Sequence record: PZ721903.1 | DNA: 49,628 nt | Strand: one strand, 5' to 3' | DNA from: a phage | Shown here: positions 36,716 through 44,493 of the stretch, piece after piece | Position numbering within the stretch: the first letter of the stretch is position 1 | Layout of the letters: each line of letters starts with the position of its first letter | The notes under the pieces: generated by a model | What the model saw: only the letters and a program-made list of their open reading frames with translations | Told to the model about the DNA's origin: nothing | Databases searched by the model: none | Made by a program: the position numbers and the translations under genes

Positions 36716-37132
36716 TTATAAGTATTTGGCCTCAAAGGTTGTGCCGTCAGCTATGCTAAAACCGATCTCTTCGCGAAACAATGTCCAACGGCAACCATCC
36801 TCATCAAAAATATAACCAGCTACGCCGCCGAGAGCGCGACCGCTTTCCACCTGGTAACGCTTGCCAAGTTTGAATGATTTTTTCATCGGATTACGATGGT
36901 CAAGCCCGGTGCACTTGAGCGTCTTTGTTTTCAACTCAGCGAACTTCGCGAAGAAGATTTCATCAGATCCGTGAATCTGTAATTCATCATGCTTTTCAAG
37001 TTTTAAATACTTTCCGCATTTTAATTTTACTTCGCGAGTGCCATCATAGCGCTCACGACCTTTGTACAGGTTGTTTACTTCAAATCCTGTGATTTTATCT
37101 GCGGAAGTACATTTAAGTTTGATGGATTTCAT
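36716..37132 (-). CDS. hypothetical protein
   Basis: Preceded on the - strand by a complete cassette including CCAATCAGGAG. Confidence 0.55.
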   Translation of the reverse strand: MKSIKLKCTSADKITGFEVNNLYKGRERYDGTREVKLKCGKYLKLEKHDELQIHGSDEIFFAKFAELKTKTLKCTGLDHRNPMKKSFKLGKRYQVESGRALGGVAGYIFDEDGCRWTLFREEIGFSIADGTTFEAKYL

Positions 37133-37195
37133 TGCGTTAGCTCCTGATTGGTTATCTTGAATAAGGTCACTTTATCAAATGACCTTACGGCAATA

Positions 37196-37212
37196 TTAAC
37201 AAATCGTGCTAT
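37196..37212 (-). promoter_or_regulatory. palindromic box copy, leftward cassette
   Basis: ttaacaaatcgtgctat; on the - strand followed by hairpin, TGaTAAAGT, CCAATCAGGAG and ATG 37132. Confidence 0.6.
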
Positions 37213-37425
37213 TTACCAGGGAATATAATCGTCGTCGTCATTATCACCAGTATCATCGCCTGGCATATCGAAGTCGGGATTATATTCACTTTCTGCGTCC
37301 ATATCCATATTCCCTAGCGCGTCGTCAAGCGTAATTTCTTTATATGCAACCTTGATACACCATTCCGCACCAAGCCCGGCATCGAGCGCTGCAAAATAAC
37401 GAGTCCAGAAATTATCCTGTTCCAT
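37213..37425 (-). CDS. small highly acidic protein (candidate DNA mimic)
   Basis: 70 aa with about 22 Asp/Glu, ending DNDDDDYIPW; RBS tggag. Confidence 0.5.
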   Translation of the reverse strand: MEQDNFWTRYFAALDAGLGAEWCIKVAYKEITLDDALGNMDMDAESEYNPDFDMPGDDTGDNDDDDYIPW

Positions 37426-37428
37426 TAA

Positions 37429-37653
37429 TTAGCTCCATGAATTAATGTAAATCGAGTTATCCTCAAGCGTTGCGCGAACATCCGCATCTGTTGCATTTAT
37501 CAGTCGAGATCCCGGCACACTTCCGATAACGCTATTTCCGTTACGCGTCTTAGTTACCGTCATTGAAATAAAACCGGAAGACTTATCCATCTTGATAACT
37601 ACACGGCCTTTTGCGTTAAGATGCTTGATGATATTCTCAACTTTAATGCTCAT
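37429..37653 (-). CDS. hypothetical protein
   Basis: 74 aa ORF behind a cassette and RBS aagga. Confidence 0.5.
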   Translation of the reverse strand: MSIKVENIIKHLNAKGRVVIKMDKSSGFISMTVTKTRNGNSVIGSVPGSRLINATDADVRATLEDNSIYINSWS

Positions 37654-37714
37654 TTTTAATTCCTTTGTTTTGTTTGGTGTGTGAGTAATATACCTTACTC
37701 ACTATTTATTGTCT

Positions 37715-37731
37715 TTAGCAATTAGTGCTAT
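37715..37731 (-). promoter_or_regulatory. palindromic box copy, leftward
   Basis: ttagcaattagtgctat upstream (on the - strand) of 37429..37653. Confidence 0.55.
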
Positions 37732-37874
37732 CAGTACTCGGAAATTACTTGGCACTCCTTGATTGTTCCACCTAGAACTACTTTCTGCATCATTGCTTTT
37801 TGGTGACTATCGTAAACGCGAACATTTTTTACGCTGTTAAATTTGCCAGTATAGAAAGTGTGAATATAAATCAT
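37731..37874 (-). CDS. small hypothetical protein (47 aa)
   Basis: ATGA overlap with the stop of 37871..38191; stop codon lies in box copy 37715-37731. Confidence 0.25.
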   Translation of the reverse strand: MIYIHTFYTGKFNSVKNVRVYDSHQKAMMQKVVLGGTIKECQVISEY

Positions 37875-38191
37875 TTTTTACCGTCCCAGGTTTGATACGC
37901 CGTCACAAGGTTAATGCTATGGTCAAACTCGTCAATGCTAAGCGAACCTATTCGAACCAGTTCTTTATCATGCTTAATATCAATCATCCGGCTATATGGA
38001 TGACCTGGCACGTATTTGAACAGTCGCTTGCTGTCAGCAATGTCGGCGTTGATTCCATAGAATCGGCCTACTGCCGCCTTCACGCGCTCCATGATGTTTT
38101 TTTCGTGGATTGCTGCCGCGTTATTAAGCGCCGCAACCGTGCTTCCGTTAATCTTCGGTGACTTCGTTGTGATTTTATAAGTGTGGTTCAT
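37871..38191 (-). CDS. hypothetical protein
   Basis: Start set at MNHTYK behind RBS gggggaa. Confidence 0.45.
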   Translation of the reverse strand: MNHTYKITTKSPKINGSTVAALNNAAAIHEKNIMERVKAAVGRFYGINADIADSKRLFKYVPGHPYSRMIDIKHDKELVRIGSLSIDEFDHSINLVTAYQTWDGKK

Positions 38192-38207
38192 TATTCCCCC
38201 TAACCAG

Positions 38208-38408
38208 TCAGGATAGCTTTCTCGCTTCATCAATGATAACAGGTTCAAGACGCTCAAGTCTAACGCGGAACGAGTTCATAAATCCTTCGTTGTTCTTCAG
38301 TAGTTCGAATGCGTCTGTAGCTTCAATGGCGCTATTCCCCATGTAGGCAATTACTTTTTTCTGAGTCTTACGTGAGATCGCCACTACGCGGTAAATATTA
38401 TCACTCAT
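38208..38408 (-). CDS. hypothetical protein
   Basis: Start at MSDNIY behind RBS aaagagg; 8-nt ATGAGTGA overlap with the upstream gene. Confidence 0.45.
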   Translation of the reverse strand: MSDNIYRVVAISRKTQKKVIAYMGNSAIEATDAFELLKNNEGFMNSFRVRLERLEPVIIDEARKLS

Positions 38409-38772
38409 ACAATGCCTCTTTAACACGATCCGCTACACATGAGTTAACGGTGATTGAATAGTTAGCCACGCCCCATAATGCAATATTGCCAAGCTCGGTA
38501 CGCATTGATGGATTGTTTAGCTGAATGATTGTCTCGCCAGTATCTTTATCGACGAAGCGAGACACGCCAGAATGGTCCACCACGCGCGTTACTCGGTTCA
38601 CGCACTCCATTGCATCACTTACACCATAATAGGCGGTTAGGGCGGCTCTCACGGCCTTCTCTTGCTTGTTGTAAATCTTGCGAGCGATGTTCTCGATCGC
38701 TACGCTTTCTTTCTCGTCAGTCTGGATTGCCGTGCTGGCTGAGAAGTCCAGATCTGTGAACTGCTTAAACAT
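38401..38772 (-). CDS. hypothetical protein
   Basis: Start at MFKQFT behind RBS gagga; complete cassette upstream. Confidence 0.5.
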   Translation of the reverse strand: MFKQFTDLDFSASTAIQTDEKESVAIENIARKIYNKQEKAVRAALTAYYGVSDAMECVNRVTRVVDHSGVSRFVDKDTGETIIQLNNPSMRTELGNIALWGVANYSITVNSCVADRVKEALYE

Positions 38773-38830
38773 GATTATTTCCTCGTTTGCTGCTGATGGG
38801 ATGACTATACCAGCCATCCCGGATGCGCGT

Positions 38831-38847
38831 TTAGCAAAAAGTGCTAT
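38831..38847 (-). promoter_or_regulatory. palindromic box copy, leftward cassette
   Basis: ttagcaaaaagtgctat; on the - strand followed by a hairpin around TGgTATAGT and RBS gagga. Confidence 0.6.
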
Positions 38848-39033
38848 TTAGAATTTTACTTCCTCAACAAGCTCAACCATTTTATAACCCAGGCGATATG
38901 AGTCGCCGAACAACAACAGACCCATAAATTCATCGTTGGTTATCGACTCCTTACCAACAGTTTTAAGTTCTCCGTTGTGAATCACAGTATCGCCGATCTT
39001 GATTTCTGATTTATGCACTAATTTCGTTTTCAT
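38848..39033 (-). CDS. hypothetical protein
   Basis: 61 aa ORF in operon context. Confidence 0.45.
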   Translation of the reverse strand: MKTKLVHKSEIKIGDTVIHNGELKTVGKESITNDEFMGLLLFGDSYRLGYKMVELVEEVKF

Positions 39034-39048
39034 TTGTTAGCCTGTTAA

Positions 39049-39234
39049 TTAAAAGAACGCTACATAGTTTGCAATACCTTTTGCATCGTCGTTAGGCATC
39101 GCCTTGACAGCCAGGTCATAACCAGCCTCTACCTTCTGCTTTGCTGATTCTTCGTTGTATCCCCAAATAACCAGGATTTTAACTACGTTTTCTTTGTTCA
39201 GAACTTTAAGGTATTTAGTGATGCGACGTGCCAT
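39049..39234 (-). CDS. hypothetical protein
   Basis: Start at MARRITK behind gaggaaaaacaaa; complete cassette upstream. Confidence 0.5.
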   Translation of the reverse strand: MARRITKYLKVLNKENVVKILVIWGYNEESAKQKVEAGYDLAVKAMPNDDAKGIANYVAFF

Positions 39235-39293
39235 TTTGTTTTTCCTCAATCTCGTTTCGATGAGGTAATTATGCCAAATCGCACCGATCGAGT

Positions 39294-39312
39294 TTTAACA
39301 AAAAGTGCTATT
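39294..39312 (-). promoter_or_regulatory. palindromic box copy, leftward cassette
   Basis: ttttaacaaaaagtgctat; contains the methyltransferase stop; on the - strand followed by cataat and CATCGAAACGAG. Confidence 0.6.
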
Positions 39313-39999
39313 TGCGATCGCTTTGAAAAATCCACGAGGAGATAAGGAACGTATCAGCTTCGTTTTGGCAGACTTGCCGCCCAGCTTGTTTTGCTGTGCA
39401 GAGTACCCGTCAGGCAGGTTTACAGGCTTCCTTTCTGGCATGACAAAGTCGTCCGAAGTCCAAAGACAAGTTTTCTTCGGGTAAGCATCGCGCGGCGCAA
39501 TATACATCGGGAACCAGGGGTGTGCGTCATTCTCAGGAAGATAGCCGCCATACTCCCAGGGATTGAAAGTGTGGTCAGCCTTTCGCCAGGCTGATGACAG
39601 GACGCTAACCGGATTCTCAATGATGTAAGTCACACCCAGGCTATCACCGATGTTCGCGGCAATCCGGGCGGTGGCAACAGCTTTCTCCTGGAATAGCGGA
39701 TCACGTTTACGCTTGCTGGCAAAGTGTCGAGCACCACTAACGGCCAGGTCAGTGCACGGCGGGAAGGCCATAATGAAATCCGGCTTGCCATACACACCCG
39801 CGATCGCATCACGTTCGAACGTTTCATCAATGAACACGTTCACATACTCAATGTTGGGATGCTCTACCCGGGCATTGTACTTTGCATAATCTCCGTGATC
39901 GGCTCCGTCAAAGTTGAAGCACATCACTTTATGACCTTGCTTTGCCAGTTCATGACCAGCCAGGCCCGAGCCGTCGAATAGTGACCAGATTAATTTCAT
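39295..39999 (-). CDS. DNA cytosine-5 methyltransferase-like protein
   Basis: Motif I-like FDGSG, PC motif FPPCTDLA and ENP motif in the expected order for C5-MTases; short (234 aa), so the target-recognition region is minimal. Confidence 0.5.
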   Translation of the reverse strand: MKLIWSLFDGSGLAGHELAKQGHKVMCFNFDGADHGDYAKYNARVEHPNIEYVNVFIDETFERDAIAGVYGKPDFIMAFPPCTDLAVSGARHFASKRKRDPLFQEKAVATARIAANIGDSLGVTYIIENPVSVLSSAWRKADHTFNPWEYGGYLPENDAHPWFPMYIAPRDAYPKKTCLWTSDDFVMPERKPVNLPDGYSAQQNKLGGKSAKTKLIRSLSPRGFFKAIANSTFC

Positions 40000-40208
40000 T
40001 TCGTTACCTCCTGGAAAACAGTTTGTCCGCTATTGGTCAGGAAGCGCCCGATCTTATTCATTGACCGGAACACGCCGATCTGATTCTGATGATTGTCAGT
40101 CGCGAAGTAACCGCCATCAATAAGGTAGATTTCATACACTGATTGATTCGTGAAGCTGTCAGTGCTGACGCTAACACATCGTACGGTACATTCAAATTCT
40201 GGTTCCAT
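39996..40208 (-). CDS. hypothetical protein (first gene of leftward early operon)
   Basis: Preceded by a cassette with CCAATCAGAGGA RBS; ATGA coupling to the next gene. Confidence 0.5.
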   Translation of the reverse strand: MEPEFECTVRCVSVSTDSFTNQSVYEIYLIDGGYFATDNHQNQIGVFRSMNKIGRFLTNSGQTVFQEVTK

Positions 40209-40268
40209 TGCCTGAGTCCTCTGATTGGTTGATGTGATGAATCATACCCTGCCGACCTGGCTGAGTCG

Positions 40269-40285
40269 TTAGCAAAAAATGCTAT
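40269..40285 (-). promoter_or_regulatory. palindromic box copy, leftward early promoter
   Basis: ttagcaaaaaatgctat; on the - strand followed by TATGATTCATCACATCAACCAATCAGAGGA and ATG 40208. Confidence 0.6.
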
Positions 40286-40476
40286 TCCAATAATTGCTCA
40301 TTATTCCATCAATAGCGGAATAGGTGGAATAATTCTGATTGCGATTGATTGCAAATGATGAAACGTGATTATTGCATGGTTTTCAACAGTTGGTTGATTT
40401 GTTGCTTAGATTGCAATGATTGTGAGAGGGGGGGGAATCTAGTGTTGCCCGGTTCGCCTGGTAATCATCTCCATTT

Positions 40477-40493
40477 TTAGCAAAAAGTGCTAT
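40477..40493 (-). promoter_or_regulatory. palindromic box copy, leftward, in control region 2
   Basis: ttagcaaaaagtgctat about 200 nt upstream of the previous copy; no ORF between them. Confidence 0.5.
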
Positions 40494-40896
40494 CGATTAC
40501 ACTTTACCTTGTCACAGATGTAATATTTGTCTAGAATCGCACTTGTGACAAAATTACACACTGTGACGCCTCTAAATATACATATAGATATATGTATCTA
40601 TATAATATATATAGTGTTTTCTTTATTTATATATATAGATAATTATATTGTAATAGTTGTGTATAGTTGTCTTACATTGTCTAGCGTACTGTTGGCATAT
40701 TTCTATCTGCATGTTTATATATACAGTACTTTTTTGAGAGCTATATATTTCTATAGTGACTCTAGACAGCTAGACAAATGTTACACAGCTTAATATCGGC
40801 TCGCAGTCATTGACAGCTCTGTATCGCACTGTCACAATGTCAATTGTTGACACATTATGACGCCATTTACACACGAATAGACAAAGAGGATATATT

Positions 40897-41412
40897 ATGA
40901 GCAATACCAATCAGGAATTAAAAATCACCGATATGATTCGCCTAACCTGCGACGCAATGTATCGCGACAAAGGCATGAGTGAGTTCTCTTTCGTGGCTGA
41001 TGATATGGCCCTGGAAGGCGCACGATTCTACTTCCGTGGCCAGGAGGTAAGCGATAGCGATCTTGAATCTGCCGCTGCCGGATGGGTGGACCAGAACCAG
41101 GGTGAGGTGGAGAAGCGATTCAAGTCTGCTTTCATTACGCCAATCATTACCCGGCACTTTTGCAAGTATGGCAAGGTGGCAAAGGTGAAGGTAGGCCGGA
41201 ATGACGCTGCAATCACAATGATAACGGTTATCGTTACCGACGAAGAGATTCCCGTGAAGAAGCGCCGCAGCCGGAAAAAAGTTAGCCTGGCCGACTGCCT
41301 GGATTCGTTTGATGTTGATGTTGGCAAGCTATCGGATAGCGAGTTAATGGTTCGCGACGTGAATGAGATCGTACGCCAGATGAAAGCACATATCGAAAAG
41401 TGCGGGCTGTAA
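40897..41412 (+). CDS. hypothetical early protein
   Basis: 171 aa, RBS aagagga; first gene of the rightward early operon. Confidence 0.55.
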   Translation: MSNTNQELKITDMIRLTCDAMYRDKGMSEFSFVADDMALEGARFYFRGQEVSDSDLESAAAGWVDQNQGEVEKRFKSAFITPIITRHFCKYGKVAKVKVGRNDAAITMITVIVTDEEIPVKKRRSRKKVSLADCLDSFDVDVGKLSDSELMVRDVNEIVRQMKAHIEKCGL

Positions 41413-41426
41413 CGCTGATAGGTGAA

Positions 41427-41445
41427 ATAGCACTTTTTGTTAAAG
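41427..41445 (+). promoter_or_regulatory. palindromic box + tattat
   Basis: atagcactttttgttaaag, hairpin cccggtcgagcggatcggg, tattat. Confidence 0.55.
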
Positions 41446-41502
41446 CCCGGTCGAGCGGATCGGGTATTATCTTCTCATTGACACGATACAGAGGAATCGA
41501 AG

Positions 41503-41697
41503 ATGGAAACGCAAATTGACGTAGTGGTTGTTCAGCGAGACTCAACTCATGAAAAGGGTCTGTTCAAGAAAGGAACCGAAATCACGATCGACCTTGAGGA
41601 TATGGTTGCGTATCACTCTGGCCTCACTTGGAACGTGGTGCGCGTAGGCAGCGACTACAAACTCAAAGGCTTTAACACTTACTTTGCGGAGGTTTAA
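41503..41697 (+). CDS. hypothetical protein
   Basis: Cassette upstream; RBS gagga. Confidence 0.5.
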   Translation: METQIDVVVVQRDSTHEKGLFKKGTEITIDLEDMVAYHSGLTWNVVRVGSDYKLKGFNTYFAEV

Positions 41698-41699
41698 TT

Positions 41700-42170
41700 A
41701 TGGCGACAATTACCGTATTTCTTGCTAAAGATGAGCTTGATGGCGAAATGTCATTCTTCGCGTTTGAGCATAAAACCGGCTCGCACTGGCACACTTACAG
41801 CCATTACACGGTTATCTCAATCGAAGCGTACGACGGCGAACTGCTCACTGATAAACTGAGTAATTTCATTGAAGCCGTTAAAGCTAGCGGCGGCTGCGAG
41901 TGGAAGGAAGATCACGAAGTTATGCGAATGTTTGAGATGGTCAATCCGGTTCGCCTTGAGTCGTTCGAGCTTGATGCTAATGTGACTATCAAGGTGAGAA
42001 AGTCGGGTGAGTTATTGCCAGGGATGCGTGTACTGACTGGTTACTCTGGCCGTAAGGTGTGGCGCACTGTATCCAAGATTCGCCAGCGCTCGGCAACATG
42101 CTATAGCGTATTCTTTGATGATGGTTGGAATATGATGTCCGGTAGTGAGGTAAAGTATCTCACCAAATAG
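41700..42170 (+). CDS. hypothetical protein
   Basis: 156 aa; stop TAG lies in box copy 42167. Confidence 0.5.
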   Translation: MATITVFLAKDELDGEMSFFAFEHKTGSHWHTYSHYTVISIEAYDGELLTDKLSNFIEAVKASGGCEWKEDHEVMRMFEMVNPVRLESFELDANVTIKVRKSGELLPGMRVLTGYSGRKVWRTVSKIRQRSATCYSVFFDDGWNMMSGSEVKYLTK

Positions 42171-42186
42171 CACGAATTGTTAAAAC
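42167..42186 (+). promoter_or_regulatory. palindromic box + hairpin-embedded TATAGT
   Basis: atagcacgaattgttaaaac; 22 nt; TGcTATAGT inside ggggta...tacccc; CATCGAAACGA; CCAATCAGAGGAAT. Confidence 0.65.
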
Positions 42187-42248
42187 CTGATCGGGGTATC
42201 TTGCTATAGTTACCCCATCGAAACGAGATACCAATCAGAGGAATAACC

Positions 42249-42479
42249 ATGTCAATCGTCAAGAACCAGCAAGCCATCGATTCAACCAACAACAACCGCT
42301 TTGCTATTTTCATCACTCGCGACAACAAGCGTTTTGCGGTCAAGGTAGTACCGGGTGGATACAATACATACATGGAAGGTAACGGAAAATGGGTTCGGTG
42401 TGACAACCTCTCAAACTTCCTGGTCTGGAATGCAGAACTCCAGGGATTTGATGATATCAGCACTTTAATTGAGGAGTAA
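42249..42479 (+). CDS. hypothetical protein
   Basis: Complete cassette upstream (box, hairpin around TATAGT, CATCGAAACGA, CCAATCAGAGGAAT). Confidence 0.5.
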   Translation: MSIVKNQQAIDSTNNNRFAIFITRDNKRFAVKVVPGGYNTYMEGNGKWVRCDNLSNFLVWNAELQGFDDISTLIEE

Positions 42480-42484
42480 TAATC

Positions 42485-42712
42485 ATGCCACGTTACAGCA
42501 ACCTAACTCAACTAACCCGCGTCAACGGGCACATGATCCCGGCTAAATCTACTCACTGCGCGAAAGGCGCAAAGCACGGATTATATTTCAAGTGGCGCGG
42601 CCAATGGAACTTCACAGCTGTGAATAATTTCTACATGCGAGTTCCAGGTGATGACCCGCAATCAGTAGTAGAAAACTCAATCGGTGACAACAAGATCGAG
42701 GTACTAAAATGA
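42485..42712 (+). CDS. hypothetical protein
   Basis: 75 aa ORF in operon. Confidence 0.45.
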   Translation: MPRYSNLTQLTRVNGHMIPAKSTHCAKGAKHGLYFKWRGQWNFTAVNNFYMRVPGDDPQSVVENSIGDNKIEVLK

Positions 42713-42819
42713 ACTTTAATACAGTAGCGCTATGGTCTGCCGTCTGGTTCTTCTGCATGGGTCACGTCATGGTCGGCATCGTGGTAATGCTTCTCCTGTG
42801 TGCGGGGGCGTTCGAATGA
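42709..42819 (+). CDS. small membrane protein (36 aa, one TMD)
   Basis: Below the track cutoff; MNFNTVALWSAVWFFCMGHVMVGIVVMLLLCAGAFE; ATGA coupling at both ends. Confidence 0.35.
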   Translation: MNFNTVALWSAVWFFCMGHVMVGIVVMLLLCAGAFE

Positions 42820-42989
42820 TGCGTATATTGATTTGCATGATGGCTGCTGTCGCCCTGACTATCCTGGTAGTGTCCGGCTGCGGCGAGGTCAAAGAGCGAT
42901 GCCATGAAACCGGGAGCCAGGTTACTACTTTCGTGATGGTTGGCAACGTATTGCTACCAATCACATCAAATGAAATCACTTGCGAATAG
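42816..42989 (+). CDS. small lipoprotein (57 aa)
   Basis: Start ATG 42816 behind RBS ggggg; signal peptide with lipobox VVSGC (MMRILICMMAAVALTILVVSGCGEV). Confidence 0.45.
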   Translation: MMRILICMMAAVALTILVVSGCGEVKERCHETGSQVTTFVMVGNVLLPITSNEITCE

Positions 42990-42998
42990 GATGTTAAA

Positions 42999-43190
42999 AT
43001 GGCTGATTTTATGCACCAAATGATTGCAGTATTCAAATGTAGTGATGACCAGGAAGTTAAAGAGTGCTTCACCGTTGACAAGCCTTATAACGCATCGCTA
43101 ACCAGCTTCGGGAACATCTCATTGCTTGATGATAATGGCGACCCCTGGATATTCGACGAAGACACCGATTGCTTCGAAATTAAAGAATAG
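42999..43190 (+). CDS. hypothetical protein
   Basis: 63 aa; stop TAG inside box copy 43187. Confidence 0.45.
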   Translation: MADFMHQMIAVFKCSDDQEVKECFTVDKPYNASLTSFGNISLLDDNGDPWIFDEDTDCFEIKE

Positions 43191-43206
43191 CACTTTTTGT
43201 TAAAAA
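43187..43206 (+). promoter_or_regulatory. palindromic box + hairpin-embedded TATAGT
   Basis: atagcactttttgttaaaaa; TATAGT within ggggtt...aacccc; CATCGACAACGA. Confidence 0.65.
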
Positions 43207-43261
43207 TAAATTCCGGGGTTGCGATATAGTAACCCCATCGACAACGAACGAGGACGATAGC

Positions 43262-43750
43262 ATGAAAATCAAATTAATTTGCACTGGCGGTTACAAGGGA
43301 TTTACCCGAGATCTGGAAGCGGACCCTATCGTGGTTGATGCGGTGAAGTGTGATTCCAGTACTGGAGGCTACCGTGTTAAGGTTGACGATCTGGTAAAAG
43401 CTGGCGTGTACGATCTTGATTATGGGCTTTCGGTTAGCCCGGTATTTGGTCCGGCCGACTTCAACGAGAAAGACGGAACGATGTTCTTTTTTGAGTGGGA
43501 AGTGCAAGCGAACGTCAAGCCTCGTAAGGTTCGACTTCTCAACAATGGCGGCTACCCGATGAGACCAGGTTATGAGAATCGCACGTTCCCAGTTATTGTG
43601 GACTTCACCGAAATCACTAACAAACTGGTCTACGTCAGCAATGAGCATTTCCAGGCTGTAGGATTCACTGGCGGTATGCATAAAGAAGCGCTGTGCTTCG
43701 TTCGAGAAGAAATGCACGGTTACTATTCTGAGTGCGAGTTAGTTTACTAA
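43262..43750 (+). CDS. hypothetical protein
   Basis: 162 aa; cassette upstream. Confidence 0.5.
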   Translation: MKIKLICTGGYKGFTRDLEADPIVVDAVKCDSSTGGYRVKVDDLVKAGVYDLDYGLSVSPVFGPADFNEKDGTMFFFEWEVQANVKPRKVRLLNNGGYPMRPGYENRTFPVIVDFTEITNKLVYVSNEHFQAVGFTGGMHKEALCFVREEMHGYYSECELVY

Positions 43751-43767
43751 GAACGAATTGTTAAAAG
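43748..43767 (+). promoter_or_regulatory. palindromic box copy (degenerate) + TGgTATAAT
   Basis: aagaacgaattgttaaaagg; TGgTATAAT within gggga...tcccc. Confidence 0.5.
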
Positions 43768-43821
43768 GGGATTTGGCCTGACTGGTATAATCCCCGCATA
43801 AACCACTAAGAGGAAAGCATC

Positions 43822-44328
43822 ATGTTAAAATTAGAAGACGTAAAATTCCCGATTAAATTTATCAGCCTGGGTTGCGGTGAAATTACATTCACCAGTGAAG
43901 ATAAAGGCAAGTTGGCCACTGGTGAGGTGTCTCAGCTTAAGTTGGATTGGTTTATCAATCGGCACAATGAAGTAAATCCTGAAAACTCAGCCAAGAAGGA
44001 TTACCATTACATTATTAGTTGTAGTTATGATGCGTACGGAAAGTATGATGGTTGGAAAACTGATCGATCCATCTTCCACCCCTCAAAGCCAGAAGTCGAG
44101 CCATCGCTACAATGCACTCAGATCGAGAACATGCCATTGAGCGCTACGCTAAAGGGCGTCCAACTTGATAGCGAATCCTGGGCCGAGATTACAGCCACAC
44201 CTAAAACTATTGAGGTACATGATGATGTGGTGATTCTCCTGTTGCATTACGGCAGCTTTAAGCACAAAACGGTATCAGGTGAAATCAGCATTAAGCGCGG
44301 AACGCTTGTACGATATGAGGTGAAATAA
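43822..44328 (+). CDS. hypothetical protein
   Basis: 168 aa; cassette with TGgTATAAT upstream. Confidence 0.5.
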   Translation: MLKLEDVKFPIKFISLGCGEITFTSEDKGKLATGEVSQLKLDWFINRHNEVNPENSAKKDYHYIISCSYDAYGKYDGWKTDRSIFHPSKPEVEPSLQCTQIENMPLSATLKGVQLDSESWAEITATPKTIEVHDDVVILLLHYGSFKHKTVSGEISIKRGTLVRYEVK

Positions 44329-44477
44329 TGGCTGCGTGGGTCTTGATTATCTTGATGAGTACCGGTCCGGATCACGTATACATGGAAAGTCAGCAATCAT
44401 GCAACAAGGCTCGGGAGGTGATTTCAGAGAACAAGCCGTTCGGATACGAAGTAAAAACGATGTGCGTTAAACGATAG
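44328..44477 (+). CDS. small hypothetical protein (49 aa)
   Basis: Below track cutoff; TAATG overlap, RBS gaggtga; stop TAG in box copy 44474. Confidence 0.35.
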   Translation: MAAWVLIILMSTGPDHVYMESQQSCNKAREVISENKPFGYEVKTMCVKR

Positions 44478-44493
44478 CACGAATTGCTAAACC
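44474..44493 (+). promoter_or_regulatory. palindromic box + hairpin-embedded TATAGT
   Basis: atagcacgaattgctaaacc; TGaTATAGT within aaggcca...tggcctt; CCAATCAGAGGAAT. Confidence 0.65.

Larger units (their letters stand above)
40209..40896. promoter_or_regulatory. AT-rich divergent control region 2 with iterons (candidate origin / operator cluster)
   Basis: About 690 nt noncoding between divergent early operons; two leftward box copies (40269, 40477), GATTGC repeats (40333-40430), TGTCACA/TGTGACA inverted repeats, iteron-like tagacaaatgttacacag and the 17-mer ctatataatatatatag. Confidence 0.55.

Noticed and set aside
40527-40793. 88-codon + strand ORF (MSRIALVTKLHTV...IYIIYIVFSLFIYIDNYIV...) inside AT-rich control region 2
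   Set aside because: Low-complexity Ile/Tyr-rich translation of AT-rich repeat DNA, no RBS, and it overlaps the iteron/promoter elements; treated as noncoding.
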